Of a stretch of DNA of 64,000 nucleotides, positions 54,344 to 64,000 are shown piece after piece. The DNA comes from Octopus sinensis (lineage: Eukaryota): NCBI RefSeq assembly GCF_006345805.1, contig NC_042997.1, forward strand, positions 130,386,001-130,450,000. Reading direction: 5' to 3'. Within the stretch, counting starts at the first letter, position 1. Each line of letters opens with the position of its first letter. A model generated the notes under the pieces. That model worked only from the letters and a program-made list of their open reading frames with translations. It searched no databases and had not been told where the DNA came from. The translations under genes were made by a program, and so were the position numbers.

Positions 54344-54674
54344 TGTTGTAGGGAAAACTATACACCCTTTCCCACATGACAAAGTAGGAAAGGGTGTACC
54401 GTAAAGTTAGGCAGTCAGTCATTATAGGAAGTCAGTAGTAGTTGAGTCATTGTATGAGTTCTCAGTTAGAGTCAGTGCTAGTTACGTGATATATACGAGT
54501 TCAAGTTACCGCCAAGGTAGATGTTTCAGAGTCATTGTCTTGCAGAGCTATCAGCAATAGCATAATTGACGAGTCAAAGATAATGAGACACGGAAGTCAC
54601 AACACAATAGTGGCAGCAAGAATATTACAGCGCCGACAATAATATACAAGTGGATGAGGATTCACATGATGACA
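54344..54674 (+). repeat. 5' LTR
   Basis: Colinear with 57830-58167 with many transitions. Confidence 0.9.
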
Positions 54675-55975
54675 GTGGTGACGAGAATATAAGCAATTCA
54701 AGTGGACAACATGAAAAAAACAATCTTTTTTCACAAGAAAATAATTCATGTGGATGACGTTGAAATATTTTTCATGTGGAGAAATTAAAATCCCAACAGA
54801 GGAGGAGTTACAAACATTTTTGTTGTATATATTTTACGAAAAATCCGTAAAATTATGGAAAATTTGTTAGAGGGTTTAGATGAGTTACAAAACAGCAACA
54901 ACAACAACTCAAAGAACAACAACTGTTACTGCAACAAATGCTACAACAAATGAAGCTGGTACCAAAACCAGAAAATAGGTTTTCGCCAGACCATGTAACA
55001 AATTTAATAAATGAATTTAAATATGACCCAGAAGAAGGAGTCACTTTTGAGGCATATTACCAAAGATTTGAACAAATTTTCGAAAAAGAATGCCAAGACT
55101 GGATGGATGAAATGAAAACATCTAAATCTGAGGAAACTGGCAATGATAGAGCATAAGAAATACTGTAACTTTATATTGCCTAAAAAAGTTTGACATAAAT
55201 TTCATGGACACAATTGACATTTTATGTAGGACGCTTAGTGAAAAAACATGTTCAACACACATTGAAAGTGTTTGAACATGGAGAAAAGCAATGACGAAGA
55301 CTTTACCACATATACAGGTTGAGTGAACAGAGAGTGCGAGAGATTTATACTGGATAACCAATCTCCAGACTCGTTCAAGTGCCTGATTTTTGCTCAGAGA
55401 CTTATTGTTAAAAAGGATGAAGAAATCAGAATGAAAATTCTCACAATGCTGGAAATGAGCCATGATATAATTTTCTAGAAACTGCCAAAAAAAGTGTGAT
55501 ATGATATTAAAAGTAAGGCACAACACAGAAGAAATCCAATGCAGAGATTGTTTACAGATAAAACCAGTGTGGAAGAGTAAAAAAATGGATATAGTTCTTC
55601 AGAAAATACACGACATATATATCAGGAGATGAATCCATGAATGGCATGTGGTCGTAGGCACCTGAGAAAAGAGTGTCTGTTCAAAAAGTGAAGAGCTTTT
55701 GTTGCGGAAACACAAGACACACTAAATTGCACTGCAGAACTAAGATGATGAAAAATAGGACCAGACAAGAAAAAATAAACAGTTTGTCATCAGAGAAAAT
55801 AGTTTGTACAACAAACAGAAAATTCATCAAGATGAGAATTGAAACCACTGGTGACAAAATGCAATTAGACACGGATAGTGACATCACTATCTTAAATGAA
55901 GAAACATGACAGCAAATCGATAAGCTGAAATTATTTAAATCAAAAGAAGTAGAATCTGGTGTTACAGGAAAGAAA

Positions 55976-56628
55976 GGATCTTTTCTTTTTGAACAGCAGA
56001 TGTCAACACAATTTCTAGTTCACTAAACACTTTTAAACTTCATATACTGGTAGAATGTGTTTATAAAACATCATTTTCTCTTGGTTTTATTGAGAAAATT
56101 CTATAGTTTGTAAGACATTTCATCTGAAAATCTGAGCATTTCGGCAATTTTAACCAATCGATTACCTCCATTCAACTAAAATCATTTGCTGCGTCTAAAA
56201 CTGAGATAACATCCTGTAACTAACCCTAAACCTCCCCCTAACCCTAACCCTAACCCTAATTTTTTTTTCTTAATTGTTAAATTAATTTAATTCCATTGCT
56301 TTAGTTTTTTTTTACACGTGTAACAATTAAATTAATTTAACGATTAAGAAAAAAAAAATTTAGGGTTAGGGTTAGGGTTAGGGGGGAGGTTTAGGATTAG
56401 TTACAGGATGTCGTCTCAGTTTTAGATGCAGCAAATGATTTTAGCTCGAAAGAGAGCATAGGATTGGTTAAAATTCGAAAAATTAAACTATGTTAAACAA
56501 ACAAATTACAATTTTCTCAAGAAAGCCAAGAGAAAAAAATGTTTTATTTTGACACATTCTACCAGTATACGAAGTTTTAAAGTGTTTAGTTAACTAGAAA
56601 TTGTCTGCTGTTCAAAAGGAAAAGATCC
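55976..56628. mobile_element. 653-bp foldback element with inverted telomere-type repeats, inserted in the Gypsy protease region
   Basis: Termini GGATCTTTTCTTTTTGAACAGCAGA / TCTGCTGTTCAAAAGGAAAAGATCC. The arms pair over nearly the whole length, with (CCCTAA)n at ~56223-56259 and (TTAGGG)n at ~56359-56400. Putative 8-bp TSD GAAAGAAA/AAAAGAAA. Confidence 0.88.
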
Positions 56629-57829
56629 AAAAGAAATTTCATTGTCGAATGTATTTGCAATGCAACTTTTGGAGGTAAAACGAAAACGACAATCATTTAT
56701 TCGTTGAAAAAATCACTAAACCTATCTGCCACAGTATGCATGGCGTTATTTAAAATGTGGGATACCTCCATTAGTGATTTCTGTGAAAATGTAGTCGGCA
56801 TGGTTAAAAGTTTGAATGAAGTCGAACAACTGAGACAAAAAATTTTAAAATTGTTTCCAAATGTTTTTTTTTTTGAAAGATTAGGCTATTGCACAAAAAC
56901 AAAAGTGAGGATCACAGCTAAGAGTGTGTGTGGACTTTTCAGCTGGATTAACAGACTGTTTACTCAAACACAACTATCCATTATCAAGCCCAGAAGTGAT
57001 CTCAAAACTAAATGGAGGAAAAATTTTCTCAAAGTTAGATTCTTAGAGGTCTATCTGCAGATACAGGTAGAGGAAGATTGTGCACACTTTTTAACAATCA
57101 ACACACACCGTAGATTATATAAATTCAAGCAGTTTCCTTTTGGAGTAAAAGTGGCACTTGCCATATTCCAACAAGTGATGGACACAATGTTAAATGATTG
57201 TGACTTTGCTATCGCTTATCTTAATGATATTTTGATAAAGAGCGAATCAGCGGAGCAACACTTTGAACATATAAAAAAAAAATAGTCAGAAAAATAAATT
57301 AATACGGGTTTAGACTAACAGAGGAAAAGTGTGAGTTTTTATGAAAAATATCAAATATTTAGGTCAAGTAATTGACGAAATGGGATGAAGGCCAGACCCA
57401 TCAAGGGCAATGGCAATACAGAATATGCCTTCTCTAACGAACATCAAATTGTTACAAGCATTTTTAGGCTTGGTAAACTATTATCGAGTATATATTCCGA
57501 ACATACACAACACAAGGGCTCCACTAAACAATCTGTTAATAAAGAAGCCAAATGATTTTGGTCAGAAAAATGCTGGAAAGCATTTGAGGGACTAAATCAT
57601 TTCCAATCTGGCTGTATGACGCATTTCAGGTACCAACAACATTATAGGTGGTTGAACCCATGTGTACAAGTGGAAGAAAAAGGAAGAACACAAAGTTCCT
57701 ACAAATAGATATCAAAAAGAAAAAATATTAAGTTGAAAAAAAAAACACACACTTAAAAGGGAGGAGGAGTAAATAAAGTAAAATAAATTTACTTGCTTCT
57801 CAAAGAAAAAAAAGGACTATAAGGGGAGA

Positions 57830-58167
57830 TGTTGTAGTGAAAATGGTACACCCTTTCCCACGTGACAAAGTGGTATGATAGCCACTATAAAGTCAGACAG
57901 TCAGTTGTTGTAGGAGGTAAGTAGTAGTAGTAGTGTCATTGTACGAGTTCTCAGGTGGAGTCAGTGTCAGTTACATGATATACACAAGTTCAAGTTACCA
58001 TCAAGGTAGACGTTTCAAAGTCATTGTCTTGTGGAGCTATCAGCAATAACATACTTGGTGAGTGGAAAATAATAAGAAGCAAAATACTGTCACAACATAA
58101 TAGTGGTGAGAAGAATATTACAGTGCCAACAACAGTATACAAATGGACGAGGATTCGCATTATAACA
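57830..58167 (+). repeat. 3' LTR
   Basis: Preceded by the PPT and followed by GTAAC. Confidence 0.9.
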
Positions 58168-58531
58168 GTAACTGTATGTGAATACATTTCAACTTGGCTG
58201 CAAATATAAGTGGATAGTTAAATCTATTATGGTTATTTTATAAACCATAAAATGTATAGTGAAACACTCATATGATTATAAACATTGTGGTCTACGTTGT
58301 GTGTTGCACTTTAAGCAGTTATGATTAAGATGGCATAGTTAGGAAGTTTGCTTCACAATTATGTATTGGGTTGTCAGAAACATTAGTTCATTTTTTTTCC
58401 CTGTTTGGCACTCCATTGTCATATGCCTGAAAAGAGGTAAAATTTATTTGAATTTCAAAAACGATAAAAAAAAGTTGTAAAGAAAGCATAGAGCTATAGA
58501 AGAAAAGTGAGATAAAAACCATAAAACACTA

Positions 58532-58920
58532 CTCTTTTACTTGTTTCAGCCTTTTGATTGCAGCCATGCTGGAGCACCGCCTTTAGTCAAGCAAGTCAAC
58601 CCAGGACTTATTCTTTAGAAGCCTAGTACTTATTTTATCGGTCTCTTTTGCTGAACTGCTAAGTTACGGTGACGTAAACACACCAGCATCAGTTGTCAAA
58701 TGATGTTGGGGGACAAACACAGACACACAAACATATACACACACACACACATATATATATATACATATATACAACGGGCTTCTTTCAGTTTCCATCTACC
58801 AAATCCACTCACAAGGCTTTGGTTGGCTCGAGGCTATAGTAGAAGACACTTGCCCAAGGTGCCACGCAGTGGGAATGAACCCAGAACCATGTGGTTTGTA
58901 AGCAAGCTACTTACCACACG
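58532..58920 (-). mobile_element. SINE family A
   Basis: Reverse complement of a nearly full-length copy. Confidence 0.88.
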
Positions 58921-59731
58921 ATAAAAAATAATTTGGCAAATATTAAAATGAATGGTAAAACTTTATTTGATAACCTAAACTATCCCACAAGCATAAATGA
59001 TTTAGCTGTGGAGATGCAGAGATTAGAGCTCATCTTCCTACAAAGCTCAGACTTCTACAGTTTTCTCATGTTGCACAGTATTTTCTGGGTAATTGTTTTT
59101 CTGGTCTTGAGGTTCCTTAACAAGGATAAGATCCAGGCACCAAGTTAACACAAGTTCTCTCCAGCCTGAATGTCTTTCTGCTTCTGTTGCTCAAGACTGT
59201 TTTGAGGTTATTGGTGTTGAAGATCAGGACCTTAGTATTCTTGATTTACTTTGAGTTTGTATAGTGATAACAGAAAAATGTTATTGAGAAGAAAAAAGAT
59301 AAATACAGTTTATTCAATATGAAATGTAAACTTGAGATACATGTTCAGAAATGATGACAGTTATATAAACAACTCATGTAAATGGTTGTATAGTTTATGT
59401 GTGTAAGGAAACTGATAGCAGTGTAAAATTTAGTGGTTAGAAATACAAAAATACACCACATTTAAGAGAAGTTTACATGAACTATTATTCAATTCTGCAT
59501 TAACTTTGCCAGCTACCAAACATAAAAAAAGAAAAGAAGCAGACAGAAACTAAACACTACACTCTAAGCAAATGCTTTGATAATCATACAGTGAGCCAAT
59601 TACAGGTCCATTGCAACAATGCTATATTTTTCCCAAATGCTTGACACAAATAAGAAAAATCTTAAAATGCATTCTTACTGTATAACATTTCCCCTCTCCC
59701 TTTTTCTTCCTTGTGTCATCTTCTTCTTCAG

Positions 59732-59824
59732 TCATTCAATTATCATGGCTCTGTATAACCACAGGCTTTAACCAGAGACAGAATATTGACAGAACTGAGA
59801 ATTGTAGAGTCAGTTTTAGGGAAG
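59732..59824 (+). other. Candidate 93-nt symmetric (phase 1-1) exon; product unknown
   Basis: Long polypyrimidine tract ..tcttcttcttcag|, donor AAG|gtaaac, single open frame IQLSWLCITTGFNQRQNIDRTENCRVSFRE. Confidence 0.2.
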
Positions 59825-59885
59825 GTAAACTTGTACAACTGATTGTTGCTACTATCACTATTATTGTTTAACCCTTATACATTAG

Positions 59886-60219
59886 ATGCATGGTTCAGTG
59901 GTTACAGCATTGGGCTCACAATCATGAGGTAGTAAGTTTGATTCCCAGACTGGGCTGTGTGTTGTGTTCTTGAGCAAGAAACTTCATTTTACGTTGTTCC
60001 AGTTCACTCAGCTGTAGAAATGAGTTGGAATGTCACTAGTGCCAAGCTGTATTGGCATTTGCCTTCCCCTTGGATAACATTGGTGGCATGGAGAGGAGAG
60101 GCTGGTATGCATGGGTGACTGCTGGTCTTTCATAAACAACCTTGTCCAGACTTGCACCTCAGAGGGTAATTTTCTAGGTGCAATCCCATGGTCATTCATG
60201 ACTGAAAGCGGTCTTTACC
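59886..60219 (+). mobile_element. SINE family C
   Basis: Homologous to 36150-36482. Confidence 0.82.
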
Positions 60220-60941
60220 ATTTCCAAGAGACTGAATGAAATATAATCCAGTCGTGTCAATTTCATTTTTTCTGAGATTATCTAGGGCTACATAATCTAA
60301 GTGTCCTCTTAATTTAGATAGGGTGGATTTGAAGGACATTTTGCTGCTATTTATAGCAGGTTCAGTGACTTTATAATGACTCCTTGTTGACTTTAGTCCT
60401 ACCTGGTAAATCTTCTAACTGGTAGGTCTAAACAGATGTTCTATGTCTGACATAAGTCTAACTTATTAGTCTAACTAGATAATCTAACTAGTGTCTCTGT
60501 AGGTTGTTGTTAATTAATCATAGGTCAAGTCTAATTGAACAAACTTATAGATCAATTCCAGCCATGACCCTCCTATAGAAGCTACCCTGTTGGTTCAGTA
60601 GTGTTTAATTGGTAACTAGTGTCTTACTAGGATCATGAGATTGTGTCAACAGGAAATTATTTCTGTCATGTCATGGAATTTGAAATGAAAATTAGTTCCA
60701 TTACGACATTCTGTCCATAATGGCTGCAGATTAACTGACATAACTATGCAATTTATAGCCCTGTGATATATCAGAATTATTGCAGGAAGAGGGAAGAGGG
60801 ATGAGTTGAAAGAGGCATGGGATTAAAGAGGACAGAGAAGAGAGGAAAGATACAAGCTGGAGTGTTATTCTTTTTGTATATTTTCTTATGTATTTAGAAA
60901 TACAATTTTTTCTAAATCTCTGATAGCGAGACATTCAGTAA

Positions 60942-61334
60942 TCTCTCTCTATATAAAGCTGAAGTTGTCTGTGTATGGCAGGTTTGGTAGCCTTCAACTA
61001 ACACTATCTCCTCCGAGACCTTGCGGCGCAAGTTGACCAAAATTGAGAGTGTGATAGAAGAAGGCCTGCTCTTCCTTCCATAGAAGAAAAATTTCAAATC
61101 GGACCATGTTAACACCAAAAATTATTTACATCAAAAAGCTGCTTTTTTTCTATGAAAATCCCTATTTTTTAACGATTTTTTGACTGCTGTGTCGTCATTT
61201 TTCGGTGTATTTCAACCAGAAAAATGTTCACTTAAAGAGAATAACAAGCTACATAATGCAAAATTTTTACTTTTCAAAAATTCCAATTCTAAAGGGTTGA
61301 AACAAACCCGAGCAACGCCAGGCGATACTGCTAG
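60942..61334 (+). mobile_element. Non-autonomous Helitron, family H2 (shares its 3' end with H1)
   Basis: A|TCTCTCTCTATATAAAG..acaaacccgagcaacgccaggcgatactgCTAG|T. Confidence 0.85.
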
Positions 61335-61356
61335 TAATTCTTTAAAGGAAAAGTTA

Positions 61357-61568
61357 ATTGCCAACATAACATAGCTACCCTAGAAGGGATGTTGTTACTG
61401 TTCATTAGCCCCAGAAACATGGTTTCTAGCTGGCTATACAACAAACAATCTGTGTCCTTATATTTTTGAACAGGGAATTCAGCATCCCCACCAAGCATAA
61501 AACAACATCTGTAGACTAGTTTCAGGGTAACAATGTCCCTTCCAGGACAGCCATTTTATGTTGGCAAT
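61357..61568. mobile_element. Small MITE with 13-bp TIRs and TA target duplication (Tc1/mariner type)
   Basis: TA|ATTGCCAACATAA..TTATGTTGGCAAT|TA. Confidence 0.55.
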
Positions 61569-61922
61569 TAGCTCTTATATATTTGTTTACATTAAAAATC
61601 ATTTCAGCATTCATTTAGTCTCCCCTCTTTCACTGACAGCTCCTCCATTCTGCTGAATGGATAGTAAATAGCTTTAGAGTTTTTGAAAGTTTGAATAGTA
61701 ATTACAAACTGAGAGGTAGAAGAAATGGAGGGAGTAACAACACATGCACAACTTTTATAAAATGTGTGCATACATGTGTGTGTGCACATGTACACATGCA
61801 TGCACACTCACACACACATACACTCACACACACAAATGTATGCACATATATGCAAATATACATACATGTTGTTCTTGTTGGCATCCTTTTTGTATCGAGA
61901 GACAATGGAGTTGAGCATAAAA

Positions 61923-62461
61923 TAGTCTAGTCCGGCTTTTACATTTCATGTCCTTATACATTTCCTGCTGTGGCTGTGTAGTCCTATCCTGGACAAACAC
62001 TCCCTCTGGCAGGTGCTGCAAATGTAGCGAAGACTGTTCCTGGCTGGTTGTAATGTCATAGTTTCTTGTTGACGTCTTTTCTTGTCTTTCCATTTCTCCT
62101 CTCTCTCTCTGTCACTCCTTTGTATTCCCTCTTTTACGGTACGTCGCCAATCTCCACGGTTGCTGGCAACTGCTTCCCAATTGCTAATATTGATGTTGCA
62201 GGCCTTCATGTCCCTTTTGCAAACATCCTTGTAACGTAAGAACGGTCTTCCCACAGACCTAGTACCCCTAGCAAGCTCTCCGTAGAGTATGTCCTTGGGG
62301 ATTCGGCCATCTTCCATACGGCTAACATATCCAAGCCATCTCATACGTCTTTGTGTGAGGAGTGCAAACATGCTTGGTATTCCTGCTTGCTTGAGGACAT
62401 CTTTGCTGGGGGTATGATTCTGCCATTTGATGTGAAGGATTTTCCGGAGGCAGCGCAGATG
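61923..62461 (-). mobile_element. BovB-like RTE LINE 3' fragment with an uninterrupted frame and a C-terminal CxxC..HxxxC finger
   Basis: HLRCLRKILHIKWQ..RRMRWLGYVSRMEDGRIPKDILYGELARGTRSVGRPFLRYKD..CSTCQRECLSRIGLHSHSRKC. Confidence 0.88.
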
Positions 62462-62486
62462 TGTGCATATATGCATAAACATAAAT

Positions 62487-62700
62487 ATTTACACACTGAC
62501 ATGGGTGTGTGGTAAGGAGCTTGCTTTCCAACCACATGGTTCCAGGTTTAGTCCCACTGCATGGCACCTTTGGTAAGTGTCTTCTACTATAGCCTAGGAC
62601 CGATCAAAGCCTTGAGAGTGGATTTGGTGGATAGAAACAGAAAAAAACCCATAGCCCATCGTATGTGTGTATGTATGTATATGTATATATATTTTATATA
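62487..62700 (+). mobile_element. SINE family A, 5' half
   Basis: Head and core. Confidence 0.75.
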
Positions 62701-62749
62701 TATATATAAAGAAATCCAGAGCGGAGCCCTGTAGGTGATTTAGGTAGAC

Positions 62750-63720
62750 TGTATGACACATATGTGCGAACAGCCATGCTACATGGCAGTGAAACATGGG
62801 TCATGTCTGCTGAGGACATGCATAAGCTTGCAAGGAATGAAGCCAGTATGCTCCGCTGGATGTGTAATGTCAGTGTGCATACACAACAGTGTAAGCATCC
62901 TGAGAGAGAAGTCAGGCATAAGAAACATCAGATGTGGTGTGCAAGTGACACGACTGCACAGGTATGGTCATGTATTGTGAATGAATGAGGACAGCTGTGT
63001 GAAAAAGTGTCCCACCCTAGCAGTTGAGGAAACCTGTGCAAGAGGTGGATCCAGGAAGACCTGGGATGAGGAGGTGAAGCACGACCTTCGAATATTGGGC
63101 CTCACCAAGGCAATGACAAGTGACCAAGACCTTTGGAGATATGCTGTGCTTGAGAAGACCTGGCAAGCCAAGTGAGACCATAACTATGGCCTATGCCAGT
63201 GCTGTATAACCAGCCCATTTAAGAGTACCCTGCAATCATTGGACAATAAACTACGCTTGCGAAGACCTGTTGAGGCAAGTGAAATCATTGTCATGGCTGC
63301 TGACAGCATTGCCTGATTGGCAACCATGCCAGTGGAATGTTTAAAACACCATTTGAGTGTGATCGTTGCCAGTGTCGCCTGACTGACTCCTGTACCAGTA
63401 ACATGTAAAAAACACCATTTGAGCATGTTCAATGCCAATGCCGCTGGACTGGCTCCTGTACAGGCAGCACATAAAAAGTAACATTTGAGCATGGTTGATA
63501 GTAGTACCGCCTGACTGGCCCTCATGCTGGTGGTATGTAAAAGCACCCACTACACTCTCGGAGTGGTTGACATTAGGAAGGGCATCCAGCTGTAGAAACT
63601 TTGCCAGATCAGATTGGAGCCTGGTACAGCCTTCTGGCTTGCCAGCTCTCAGTCAAACCATCCAACCCATGCTAGCATGGAAAGCAGACGTTAAATGACG
63701 ATGTTAATGATGATGATGTA
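62750..63720 (+). mobile_element. RTE LINE 3' end with a long tandemly repeated 3' UTR
   Basis: RTAMLHGSETWVMSAEDM..KTWDEEVKHDL..DLWRYAVLEKTWQAK*, then several aacaccattt(g/a)agc.tg..gactggc units and the (GAT)n tail. Confidence 0.92.
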
Positions 63721-63822
63721 TATATATATATTATATATGTATATATATATATATTATATATATATTATATATATGTATGTATATATATATATATATATAT
63801 AGATATATATATATATATATAT

Positions 63823-63912
63823 ACAGCCTTCTGGCTTGCCAGCTCTCAGTCAAACCATCCAACCCATGCTAGCATGGAAAGCAGACGTTAAATGACGATG
63901 TTAATGATGATG

Positions 63913-63914
<2 letters not shown>
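63823..63914 (+). repeat. Exact duplicate of the RTE tail end (copy of ~63627-63718) between (TA)n tracts
   Basis: Identical text including the private variants aaatgacgatgttaatgatgatgat. Confidence 0.9.
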
Positions 63915-63964
<50 letters not shown>

Positions 63965-64000
63965 ATATATATATATATATATTATAATATATATATATAT

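Larger units (their letters stand above)
54344..58167 (+). mobile_element. Gypsy/Ty3 LTR retrotransposon, internally deleted (gag, protease, RT; no RNase H or integrase), with both LTRs
   Basis: LTRs 54344-54674 and 57830-58167 (TG..CA); PBS-like GTGGTGACGAG at 54675; PPT AAGGGGAGA at 57821-57829; TSD GTAAG/GTAAC. Gag EFKYDPEEGVTFEAYYQRFE; protease MQLDTDSDITILN; RT YLQIQV..FPFGVK..IFQQVMD..AYLNDIL. Confidence 0.93.

Noticed and set aside
56223-56400. Head-to-head telomere repeats suggesting a chromosome fusion site
   Set aside because: The tracts are only ~5 units, oriented CCCTAA then TTAGGG, and embedded symmetrically in a TSD-flanked foldback element.
59925-59943. tgaggtagtaagtttgatt resembling let-7
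   Set aside because: Only the 5' part matches, there is no hairpin partner, and it lies inside a family C SINE head.

Overview
AT-rich, repeat-saturated eukaryotic DNA, most likely from an octopus (coleoid cephalopod). This is inferred from the tRNA-derived SINE families, the very dense (AT)n/(CA)n/(GAT)n microsatellites and the TTAGGG-type motifs. I could not confidently identify any host protein-coding gene; only a few weak candidate exons were seen. Almost all long ORFs in the track are microsatellite translations or transposon relics. Recognisable content: a hAT transposase relic (1-1770); RTE, CR1-type and BovB-like LINE fragments; two Gypsy LTR retrotransposon relics, one with both LTRs, PBS, PPT and a near-perfect 5-bp TSD; Tc1/mariner remnants; several non-autonomous Helitrons; foldback MITEs; and at least five SINE families. 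The most interesting signals are: (i) five short (TA)n-anchored, Penelope-like terminal elements carrying minimal hammerhead-ribozyme-like motifs with non-canonical cores (CCGACGA and CUGU(A/U)GA); (ii) a 653-bp foldback element with inverted telomere-type repeats nested in a Gypsy element; (iii) two locally templated inverted-copy events.
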